DNA from: Chthoniobacterales bacterium
Lineage (GTDB): Bacteria > Verrucomicrobiota > Verrucomicrobiia > Chthoniobacterales > Chthoniobacteraceae
Assembly (NCBI GenBank): GCA_038207335.1
Contig: JBBQZX010000016.1
Coordinates: 32,001-96,000 of the forward strand
Direction: 5' to 3'
DNA length: 64,000 nucleotides
Made by a program: the position numbers and the translations under genes
In this document: positions 27,001 to 39,000 of the stretch, one piece after another
Layout of the letters: each line of letters begins with the position of its first letter
Position numbering within the stretch: position 1 is the stretch's first letter
The notes under the pieces: model-generated
Seen by the model: only the letters and a program-made list of their open reading frames with translations
Database searches by the model: none
Told to the model about the DNA's origin: nothing

Positions 27001-30000
27001 AGGACGTTGCCGCTGACCGTGATTCCGTCGAAACCGACGACCGCAACCGTGCCCGTCGCGGCGAGAGCGTAGGTGCCGTTCGGGAATTTAATCAGGCCGA
27101 TGGTCGCGTTGCTCACGAGCAGTCCGGTCGCGAGCGGATTGACTTCGCCATTCGAGAGCTTCGACGGACCCTGGCCGAGGAAGATGTTCAGACCTTCGCC
27201 CGCGAAGACCGTCCTTCCGCCGATCGTCGAGAAGCTGACATTGCCCTCGATCGTCACAAAGTTGCCGATGTTCAGCGACAGGTCACCACCGAAGAATTGC
27301 GTGAAATTCTGCGTCCCGACTTTCACTTCGGTGTCGCTGAACCGCACGTTGATCGTCTTCGCGCCGATCGTGATCGTCTCGTCCACCGCCGCGATCGTCG
27401 TGTTGATCCGCACGCCGAAGCTGCCGCCGACGCTGACCGGTCCCGCCGCGACGCTCGCCTCGCCCGTCAGGATGCCCGCGATGCCCGCAGGTTTCAGGAT
27501 GAAGGCGCCGGCGCCGTTCTTGATCCCCTGCCCGTCGATCGTCACCGCGATGTTAGCGAGGCCGATGCGCGTCGTGTTGTTCGGCGCCGTGCCGGTTTGG
27601 TCGAAAAGGAAATCGCCGGTGAGATTGAAGCCGCTCGCGCCGCCGACGTTCAGCGTCGCACCGAGCACGGTGACGCGCAGGAACGGTCCGACGGGCAGGT
27701 CGAGCGTGAGCGTCTGCCCGCCGACCGCGAACGTCTCGTTTACCGCCGTCGCGCTGGTGTTGAGTTGCAGGCGGGCAGTCTGGAAATTGAGCGCCAGCCC
27801 GGCGGCGGCGAGGCCCGGGAAGCTCGCGCTGACCGAGAAATCCGCGGCGATGCCGGTGCGGTTGATGAGTAGCGAACCCTGTCCGTTCGCGATGTGAACG
27901 AATGTGCCGAGATCGAATTGCACGCCGCTGACCGCGACGCGGACGATGCGCTCGCCGAGGCCGTTCGTGGTTTGCTCGAACGCGAAATTTGCGATCAGCG
28001 CGACGCCCGAGAATTTCAGCGTCAGCGCGTCACCCGTCAGACGCAGGTAGCGGTTCGCCGGGTTCGTCGTGTCCACCGCGATCGTGAACATTCCGGAAAA
28101 CTCCACGCCCGGGATATTCGTCGTGACCGCGATGCCCGTGATATTCGCCACGACGCCCGCGGGTTTCAGCGTGAGCGAGCCACTCGCCACATTCGCCGAA
28201 ACGAATTCCGACGTCCCGTCACCGAGTCCGAGATGCACGTTCGCGACCGTGACATCGACCTGCTGCGTCGCGTTGTTTTTCGTGAAAGTAAAGTCACCGC
28301 GAAGCGTCTGGCCCGCGATCGTCAGCGCGACGCCCGTGCCTGAGATGCGCACGTAGTTTCCACCGTCGAGCGTGAGTGTCGTGGTCGCACCGCCGACCGT
28401 GAATTGCTCGCTCACCGGCAAGCCCGTCTGGTTGATTTCCGCGACGAGTGTCGCACTCAAGGAGGCGCCCGGAAGATTGATCGCCGCCGTGCCGCTGAGC
28501 CGTCCCGCGATCGCCGACACGCCCGGAGTGGCCGTCGGCAGGATGATGAAATTTCCCTCTCCGCCAGTGACGCTGACGAATGCCGTGGTGCCATCACCGA
28601 GCACCACACTGACATTCGTCGCAGCGACCCGCACGATGCGGCTCGCGCTGCCCGGGGGACCGCGCGTGACCTGCTCCAGCGAGAAATTTCCACTGATGAC
28701 CTGGCCCGCGACGCTGAGCGAGACGTTGCTCGCGGCGACGCGCAGATAAGGCCCGGCGGGAAGTTGCACGCGCACCGTCTGGCCCGCGACGACGATGCTT
28801 TCGTCCCCCGCGGCGGCGGTGTTGTTCAGCGAAACGGAGAACGCGCCGGTGAACGTGACGCCCGGCACATTCAGGCCGACCGTGCCGCTCAGCGTGCCCG
28901 CCGTGCCCGCAGGCGAGAGCACGAAAAAGCCGTGGCCATTCGTGACGCTGACAAACTCCGTCGTGCCGTCGCCGAGGCTGAGTTTCGCCTCGGTGACCGC
29001 GATGCGGACGCGGACTTCACCGGCCGGATTCGTCAAGCGCTCGAGCGCGAAATTGCCGCTCAAGGTCTGGCCGAGGACGGTCAGCGTCGCGGGCGTGAGC
29101 GCGTCGATTTGCGCGACCTCGACGCGGACGAAAGGCCCGGCGGGCAGCGTCAGCGCGATGGTTTCGGTGCCGACCGTGAAGTTCTCGTTCACCGCGGCGA
29201 GCGTGTTGTTCACCTTCACGCTGACTTTCCCGCTGAATGCCAACCCGCCCGCGACGTTAAGTTGCGCGCTGGCGACGATTTGGCCCGCGACTCCCGCCGG
29301 GGTGAAGATGAATGCGCCCGCGAGATTTCCGACGCTCACGAGACCGCCGCCGATGTCGATGCTGCCGTTCAAAATAGCGAGGCGCGTGACGCGTTCGCCG
29401 TTCGACTTCGTGAGCTGCTCGATCGCGAAATCGCCACCGATCGTCTGGCCTGCGACCGTCAGCGAAACGCCCGTCCCGGCGATGCGCAGATACGGCCCGG
29501 TGCCGCCGGGAACATTGAGCACCACGGCCCGCGCACCGATGTTGAAAGTCTCCTGCACGAGCGCGCCGGTCGTGTTCAGCGCGAGTTGGAACGTCCCGCC
29601 GAAGCTGACGCCCGGCACGTTCAGCCGCACGGTGCCGCCGACCGTCCCGGCGATGCCCACTGTCTCGACGATGAACGCGCCGTCGCCATTCGTGAGGCTC
29701 ACGAGTTCGTTCGTGCCGTCGCCGAGGCTCAGGTGCGCGTTCGCGATGACCACCCGGACGACCGATTTCGCACCCGCGCCGGTCGTCGTGATTTTCTCGA
29801 AAGCGAAGTCACCGCCGAGCGACTGACCTGCGACGCGCAGCGTGACGCCCGTTCCCTCGACCCGCACAAAAGGCCCGCTCGGCAGCGCAAGCGTGATCGT
29901 CTTTCCGGCCATGACAAAGGACTCGTTGACCGCGACCGGCGTGTTGTTGATCGCGAGCGTGAAAGTGCCGCTGAAAGCCGACGCGCCGCCCGGAATCGTG

Positions 30001-33000
30001 ATCGTCAGCGCGCCGGCGATGCGGCCCGCGAGGCCGGCGCTGCTCACGACGAAGAACCCTTCGCCTTCCGTGAGCGATGCCACATCCGGGCCGGCCGCGT
30101 CGGCTTTTAGATGAAGCTGCACATTCGTTGCGCCGACGCGCAGCAGCACGGTGCCGTCGGTCTTCGTGAAGCGCTCTAGCGCGAAATTCGCGACGAGGGT
30201 TTGGCCCGAAACGGTAAGCGTGACGTTGTCGCCCGCGAGCCGTAGATACGGCCCTGCGGGCAGCGTGATCGCGCCCGCGACCGGCACGGTGTCAGCCACC
30301 GCGGCGGTCGTCGTATTCACCTCGACCGAGAGGCCCGCCGAGAAGCTGAAGCCGAGCGCAGGATTCACCGCGACGGTCGCCGAGAAGCGGCCCGCGAGCC
30401 CGGTCGGCTTCACGATGAAGCCGCCCGTGCCATTCGTAATGCTCACGAATTCCGTCGTCCCATCGCCTAGCGACAAGCTCGCATTCGACACGTCGATCTT
30501 CGTCACTTTCACCCCCGACACGATGCTCTGCGAGAAGCCGAACGTGCCGCTCAACGCCTGCCCCGCGACCGTCAGAGCGAGGTCGCCGGTGAACGACGCC
30601 GTCGGCGCGAGCACCGTGCCGCCGGTGATCGTGATCGTGTCGCTCAAGCCGTCCGCTTTCGGGAAAGTCACCGTCTTGTCCGCACCCGCGTTGTTGAAGC
30701 GCACGGTTGCGCTGCCGGTGAATGTGAACCCGGAGAACCCGATGATTTCCAGCGTGCCCTCCGCATACACAGCATATGTGTAAGTGCCCGCCGCTCCGAA
30801 GCGCTGCACGCCGACGCGCGCATTCGAGAGCAGCACGCCTTGCGCGGCGGGGTTGCGCGTCGTGCCGTCGAGCATCACCGGACCGCTTCCCATGAAGACG
30901 CTCACGCCCGACGCGATCAGCGTGTCCACGCCGGCAGTCTGGGTGAATGAAATGCTGTCGCCCTGGATCTCCACGAAGTCGCCGACGCGGATCGTGAGCC
31001 CAGCGACGAAGACGCTGAACGTGCTCGTGCCGTCCGGGAATTGGATCGCAAAAGTGCGGCCGTTCAGCACGATCGTCTCGTCCACTGCGACGCCAGTTTT
31101 GTTCACGCGCAGGCCAATGCTGCCACCGACCTCGAGGCTGCCGGTCGCCACCGCAACATCGCCCGCGAGGAAACCCGCAAAGCCCGTCGGCAGGATTACG
31201 AATGCGCCCGAGCCGTTTTTCAGCGACTGCCCGGCGACAGTCACCGTGACATTGTTGACTGCGACGCGCATCACTTTCGAGCCGTCCGCGCGCGTCGTCT
31301 GGTCAAAGAAAAAGTCGCCGGTAAGCACCGCGGCTTCGTTGCCGATCGTCACGTTTGCGCCGATGATCGCGACGCGGATGAACGGCCCGGCGGGCACTTG
31401 CAGCGTCACCTCCGCCACGCCGACTTTGTATGTTTCATCGACCGGCTGCGCCGCCGTGTTGATCTGAATGCTGACCGCGCCGCCGGTCACGCTGAACACG
31501 CCCGGCGCACCGAGCGTCGCGCTCACCGTGAACGACGCCGCGACTCCCGCGGGCGTCACGAGCAGCGCGCCCGTGCCATTCGTGACGTTCACGAACGTCG
31601 TCGCACCGTCCTTGATTTGCAGCGTCAGGTTGGTGATCGCCACGCTCACCTGCGTGTGAACCACGCCCAAGACCGTCGCCGTCGTTTTCTGAATCGTGAA
31701 CTCCGCCGAGAGCGTCTGCCCGAGCACCGTGAGCGTCGCCGGCTGACCGACGAGCGTCGCGACTTGCACGTAATTTCCAGCCGGCAACGAGAGCGTCATG
31801 CTGACCCCGGCGACGAGGAACGTTTGATTCACGAGCGCGCCGGTCGTGTTGAGTTGCAGCCGCAGACCGGCGGAGAAAGTAACGCTCGGAATACTCACCG
31901 CGACCGTCCCGCTGACCTCGCCCGCGAGCCCGGATTGCTTGAAGACGAATGCGCCGCCGCCACTCGTGACGGTCACAAAATCCGTTGTGCCGTCGCCGAG
32001 CGCGAGCCCCACGTTGCTCACCGCCACGCTGACCACGCGGTTCGGAACCGTGCCCGTTGCCTCGAAGCTGAAATTGCCGCTCAGGCTCTGGCCGAGAATC
32101 TTCGCGGTGACATTCGTCCCCTCAACCCGCACGAACGGCCCGACCGGCAGTGCCAGCGTGCTCGGCGTCCCAGCGATGTCGAAAGTCTCATTCACCGCGG
32201 CATTCGTGTTGTTCACCGCGACGCTGAACGCCGCGCTCAATTCGACATTCGGGATCGTGATCAACGCCGCACCCGCCACCCGACCCGCGATCCCTGCACT
32301 CGTCAGAACGAATGTCCCCTCGCCTTTCGTGACGCTTAGGAACGTGCTCGAACCGTCGCCGAGCGCGAGGCTCACATTGCGCGCGCCGACCCGCACGATT
32401 TTGTCAGTCGGGCTGCGCGTCAGTTGCTCGAACGAGAACGTGCCGCGCAGCGTTTGGCCCGCGACTTTCAACTGCAAATCGTCGCCCGTGACGCGAAGGA
32501 AAGGCCCGGCGGGCAGCACGAGCGTTTGAATGCCGCCGCCGACTTCGATGCTTTCGTTCACCGCCGCGAGCGTGTTGTTGATCTCGACCGTGAATGCGCC
32601 GCTGAACACGACGTCCGGCACGTTCACCACGACCGTGCCGCCGAACCGCGCCGAGAGTCCCACCGTGCTCAGCACCGCGAATCCAGAGCCATTCGTGACG
32701 TTCACGAAATTCGTTGGAGCCGTGCCACCGAGGCCGAGCGTGATCGCGCTCAAGGCGACGCGCACGACCTTCGAGCCGTCGGTCGCCGCCGTCTGCTCAA
32801 TCACGAAATTCCCAGTCAGCGACTGCCCGAGCACGCCGAGCGAAACCGCGCTCCCCTCGACGCGCAGGAACGGCCCGGAAGGCAGCGTCAGCGTGTTCGT
32901 CGCCGCACCGATTTTGAATGTCTGATTCACCGCCGCCGTCGTCGCGTTCACACGCAGCTTGAAGTTGCCGCCAAACGTCACGTCGGGAATCGCGGTCATC

Positions 33001-36000
33001 ACCGAGACAGTGAGCTCGCCCGCAAAACCCGCGGGCGTGATGAGGAAATCGCCGCTGCCCGTCGCGGTCAGAATCGCAGGCGGACCGCCGAGACTCAGCA
33101 CGACATTCGCCGCCGCGACGCGCACGATCTTCGCCGCGCCGATCGTCTGCTGCTCGAAAGTGAAGTCGCCACGCAGCGTTTGGCCCCCGACTGCGAGCGC
33201 GAGATTCGTGCCGGTGAATTGCACGAACGGCCCGCCATCCACAATAAACGTCACGGTGCGCGAACCGACAGCAAAGCTCGCGCTGACCGGCGTTGCGCCG
33301 GTATTGATGAGCAAGCTCACGTCGCCGCTGAAGCTCACGCCCGGCACTTTCAGCGCAACCGACGCGGTGATGTTTCCGGCGAGCGCAGTGCTATTGATGA
33401 GCAGCGCGCCGTGGATATTGGTGACGCTCACGAGGTCGCCGCCGAGTTGCACCGAACCATTCGTCACCGCGACGCTCACGACTTTCACCGCGCCGCTCGT
33501 CGCCTGCTCGAACGCGAAGTCACCCGCGATGCTGACACCCTGAAAAGTAAGCCGCGCGTTCAACGCCTCGACACGCACATACGGCCCGGCAGGCACCGCG
33601 AGGCTCACGACTTTTTCTCCGACCGCGAACGTCTCGCTGACTGCCACCGCCGTGCTGTTCACCGCGAGCGCGAAGTCGCCGGAAAAGACTCCACCCGGCG
33701 GCGTGATCGTTACCGTGCCGCTCACGCGTCCCGCGAGCCCGGCGGCGGTGATGACGTAAAATCCGACGCCGTTCCGCACCGTTGCGATCGGCGTTGAACC
33801 GGCGGTGAGATCGATGCTCACATCGGTCGCCGCAACGCGCACGAATTTCTCGCCGCCCGTCGTCGAGAGCGCCTGCTCGAACGCGTAATTGCCGCTGATC
33901 GTCTGCCCCGCGATCGTGAGCGTCGCCGGATGCGTCGCATCGGTTTGCGTCAGCTCGACGCGGCGATACGGACCCGCGGGCACATCGACGGAAACCTGCT
34001 CGCTTCCGACCGCGAAGTTCGCTTTCACCGTTGCGGAGGTCGAGTTGATCGCCACTGCGAAATGGCCGGTCAGCGTGACGTTTGGAATGTTCGCCGTAAC
34101 ATCCCCGCTGAACCGCCCGGCGACACCCGCGGGCGATAGCAGCAACGCGCCCGAGCCGTTCGTGACCGAGAGAAAATCGGTCGCGCCGTCGCCGAGGCCG
34201 AGCGAGACGTTCGTCGCCGCGATGCGGATGTCGCCCGCCGCGCCGCCGGTCACTTTGGAAAAGGCGAAGTTGCCTTTCAACGACTGGCCCGCGAACGCGA
34301 GCTCACCGTTGAGCACCGAGAAATTCGTGACCGTATCGACGGTCGGGAATGCCAGCGTGATGCCGGGGTCGTTGTTGTCGCCGGGAATCGCGAGCGTCTC
34401 GCCGATGATCGTGCCGGTCGTGTTGACGATCACGGTCGCCCGCCCCGCGATGGTCACGCCATTGATCCCGAGGAATTGCACGAGCCCGGTCGCGCTCAAC
34501 GCGTAGCCGCCGCCGACGCGGATGAGGCCGACGCGCGCATTGCTGACCAGCACTCCGCTCGCCGTAGGATTCAGTTCGCCGCTCGGGAGACGCGCCGGCC
34601 CTTGGCCCAAAAAGACGAGCAAGCCCGCACCCGCAAATGTGCTGCGTCCGCCGCTTTGCACGAAGTTCACACTGCCCTCGATCGTGACGAAGTTGCCGAT
34701 GTTCAGCACGAGATTCTCGGCGAAGAACCCAAAGAACGGCGCACCGGGCGCGCCGGCTTCCAACGGCCCAAAAACGATTGCAATGTCGCGGCCATTCAGC
34801 GTGAGGCTTTCGTTGATTGCGGTCGTGAAGGTGTTGATTCGGAAGCCCGCGCGTCCGCTCACGGTCGCGCCGCCCGCCGCCACCGCGAGGTCGCCGCTGA
34901 GGATTCCCGCGATGCCGCCGGTCTGCACAAGGAACGCGCCCTCGGCATTCACGATCCCATTTCCGCTCACCGTGATTGCGCCGTTGGCCACGGCAAACCG
35001 CGTGGTCTTGGTCCCGTCCGGTTGCACGCTTTGATCAAAATAGAAGTCGCCGTTGAGCGCCACGCTGCCGAGTTGCGCGTTGAGACCGATCACCGCGACG
35101 CGGACGAACGGCCCGGCGGGCAGGTCGAGCGAAATGCTGCCCGCGCCAACCGCAATGCTTTCGTTCACCGCCAGCGCGGAGGTGTTCACCTCGACGCGCA
35201 CATTCGCCGTGATCGGATCGATGCCCGGAATCGTGATCGCCGCGCTCGCGCTGAGGCTGCCCGCCACGCCCGCGCCACCGATGCGGAACGCGCCAGTCGC
35301 GCCGGTGACATCGAGGAAAGTCGTGCCGGGCACGCCGATTTTGAACGACGCGCCGTTCAGCGCGATGCGAACGCCGCCCACAGCGAGATCGGTTTCGATC
35401 CCGAAATCACCGCTGAAGGATTGTCCGAGAATGTCGACCGTGACGGTCGGCACCGCCGGGCGGAAGCGGACGAACTGGCCAGCGGGGATATTGAAGGGGA
35501 TGCTCGCGGGCACACCGGGCAGGCTACCGGAAAGCGTGAGCGTGTCGGTGATCGCGAGGCCGATCGTGTTAAGTTCGACCTTGAATGCACCGGTGAAGCT
35601 GACGTTCGGAATGGCGACCGAGACGCTGCCGCTGAATTCGCCCGCGATGCCGCCCGCCGCGACGAGGAAATTCGCGGATGCGCCGTCGAGCCGGATGAGC
35701 CCGTCGCCGAGCGAAACGGAGGCGTTGCTCACGCTGACGAGCAGCCGCGGCGATGCGGCCGTGGTGCGGACGATGGAAAAGTCACCGGTCAAAGTAGCGC
35801 CCGGCAACGTCGCCGAGATACCGCTGCCTGTGACGCGCAGGTAGGGACCGGCGGGCAGGCTCAACGTGACCACCGACCCGCCGACCACAAAGCTCTCGCT
35901 GACCGCCACGGACGAGTCGTTGATCTGAACTTCGAGCGCGCCGCCGATCGAAACGCCAGGGATATTTACCGCGACTGAACCAGCGAAACTGCCCGCGAAT

Positions 36001-39000
36001 CCGGTCGAAGTGTCTTCCAGCACGAGCGCACCGCTTGCGCCGCTGACCGTGACGATTCCGCCGCCGAGTGAAAGTCCGGCATTCGCGACGACCAACCTCG
36101 TGAGCGATCCACCAGCGGCTTTCGCGACGCGCTCGAAAGCGAAATCGCCGGTGATGCTCTGTCCGGCGACGGTGAGCGCGACGCCCGTCGCCGCAACGCG
36201 CACATACGGCCCTGCAGGCAGGTTAAGCGCGATGCTTTCGCCGCCGAGGACAAATGCCTCGTTCACCGCCGCGCTCGTCGTGTTGATGCTCAAGCCAAAC
36301 GTGCCGGTGAGCGACGCATCCGGCAGCGTGATCGCCACGTCCGCCGCGAGCGACGCCGCCACGCCCGCCGCGCGGACGATGATCGAGCCGCGCCCGTTCG
36401 TTACATTCACGAACGGCGAACCCGCTGCGCCGAGCTTGAGCGTCACCGCGATCGCCGCAATGCGCGTGACTGTAGCACCCGCGCTGTCTTTCACCTGCTC
36501 GACGAAGAACGTGCCGCCGAGCGCCTGCCCTGCGATGGTCAGCGTCGCCGGGGCGAGTTCGCCGATTGCCACACGGAAATACGGCCCGGAAGGAAGAGTG
36601 AGCGCCGGCGCGACCTCGTTCACCGCGACCGCGGTGGTATTGATTTGCAGCGCGACCGCCCCGTCGAATGCCACGCCCGGCACTTCCATTTGCGCTCGCA
36701 CCGACAAGCGCCCAGCGACCCCGGCGTTCGTCAGCAGCAGCGCGCCGCTGCCTTCCGAGAGTGAAACGAAATTCTTCGTCCCATCGCCGAACGCCAGCGA
36801 GACGTTGCTGGCCGTTACCTTCACCGCGTCGCCGGTCCCCAGCGTTCCTTTTGCAAAAGTAAAATCGCCTTTCAGCGTCTGCCCGCCGATCGAAAGCGCC
36901 AGACTCTTCGCCTCGAATTGCGTAAATCCCGCCACCGCCGTCTCCACCGCGCCACTGAATTTCACGAGCACTTCGCGCCCCCCGGTGCCGATCGTCAGCA
37001 CCTCATCCACCGCCGCTCCTGTCGTGTTCACTCGCACCAGCGCCGTTCCGCTGAGCGTCACTCCGCTGACCCCGACCACCTCGATGGTGCCCGTGGCCAT
37101 CAGCGCGTAGGTCGCGCCGATCTTGACAAGACCCACCGTGGCATCGCGCAACAGGATGCCCTGCGCGAGCGGGTTGAGGTCTCCGTTGGGAAGTCGCGGG
37201 GGTCCGCGACCGAGGAACAACTCGAGCCCGTCGCCCGCGAAAGTCTGCTTCGCCCCGGTGCCGCTGAAAGCGATGTTGCCTTGAATCGCAATGAAGTCGC
37301 CGATGTTCAGCGTCAGATTCTCCGCATAAAACGAGAACAGGTTCGTCTCGCCGTCATCGAAACGGATCGTCAGCGTGCGACCGCCGACGGTGATCGTTTC
37401 CTCGACCGACAAGCCGCTCTTGTTGATGCGGAAGCCGCCATTCGCGCTGCCGATTGAGGTGGAAAGCGCGCCGTTCGCAAAGCCCGCGAGGCCACCGGTC
37501 GCCGCGCCGCTCGGCGGCAGCAGCACGAATGCACCCTCGCCATTCACGATGCTATTCCCCGCCGCCGTGATGCTGAGATCGGCGATCGCGAGCCGCGTGA
37601 TTTTCGCGCCGCCGGGCCGAGTCGTCTGGTCGAACGCGAAATTTCCGGTGAGCGTGCTTCCCGCGATCGTGAGCGTTACCGCGGTCAATTCGACGCGCGC
37701 AAACGGTCCGCCGGGAAGGACGAGATCGTGCGGCGCGGCGATGCTTTCGTCCACGGCGGCGGCGCGCGTGTTGATTTGGAGGTGCGCGTTTGCGGTGGAA
37801 TTGAACGTCCCCCCGGGGATGTTCACCGCTGCCGTGACCGCGAAGTCCGCGGCGACGCCAGTCGCATCGACGAGCACGGTGCCGGTTCCGTTCGTCACGT
37901 TGACGAACGTGCTGCCGCCGTCCGCGAGCGCGAGAGTGACGCCGCTCAGCGCGACTCTTACCGTTTTGCTCCCGCCGCTGGTCGTGAATTGCTCGATCGT
38001 GAACGCGCCGCCAATCGTCGCATTTTGCACCCCGAGCGTCGCGGTGCCGGTCAGCCGGGCAAATGGCGTCGCGACCGTCGTGTCGAGCGCGAGGCCAAAC
38101 GTGCCACCGAAACTCACGCCCGGAAGCGCCGCGTCGAGCACGGCGCCGGTGACATTTGCAGCGACGCCAGCGGCGCTCAGCGTGAGGGTAGCCGACGGCG
38201 CGCGCGCGGTAATGAACGTGCTCGCGCCGTCGCCAAAGCTCAGCGACAGCCCGGTAACCGCGATCGAGACGGTGTCTGCGACTTTGGTGAAAGTGAAATC
38301 TCCCGCGAGCCGCTGACCCGCCACGACGATGCTCGCATCGTGAGCTGCAACACGCAGGAACGGACCGGCGGGCACGTCGAGCGTCAGCGTCGAGCCGCCG
38401 ACTTCAATGCTGTCGCTCACCGGAGTGGCGAGAGTGCTGATTTCCGCGCTCGCGGTTGCAGCAAGCGAGACACCGGGCAGCGTCGCCGCGACCGTGCCGC
38501 TGATACGGCCCGCAAAACCGGCGGTTTCAAAAAGGAAGAAGCCTTCACCACCAGTGAGGCTGACGAGGTCGGTGCCGCCGCTAGTCACGAATTTCAAGGT
38601 CACCCCGCTGGCTGCGAGCCGCACGACCGACAAGCCGTCCGAGGTGCGCGAGGTTTTCTCAAAAGCAAAGCTGCCGCTAATCAACTGCGTCGAGCCAGCC
38701 GCCGTGATCGTGACATCGCCGGTCGCGGCGAACCGCACATACGGCCCCGCAGGCACAACCAGCGTCCCGCCGGTCGCAAACGTCTCGGTGATCGCAGCCG
38801 CGGTGTTATTTAAGAGCAGGTCGAAAACCGCAGGCGTCACGCCAGGGCCCGCCGATGGAACGCTCACCGCACCAGACGCGATGCTCACTCCCCCGCTCAA
38901 CCGACCCGCAATCCCCGCGCTCCGCACGATGAGCGCGCCACTGCCGCCCGCCATCGTGACGACCGCGGGCGACCCGAGCGTCGCGCCGATTCCAGTCGCG

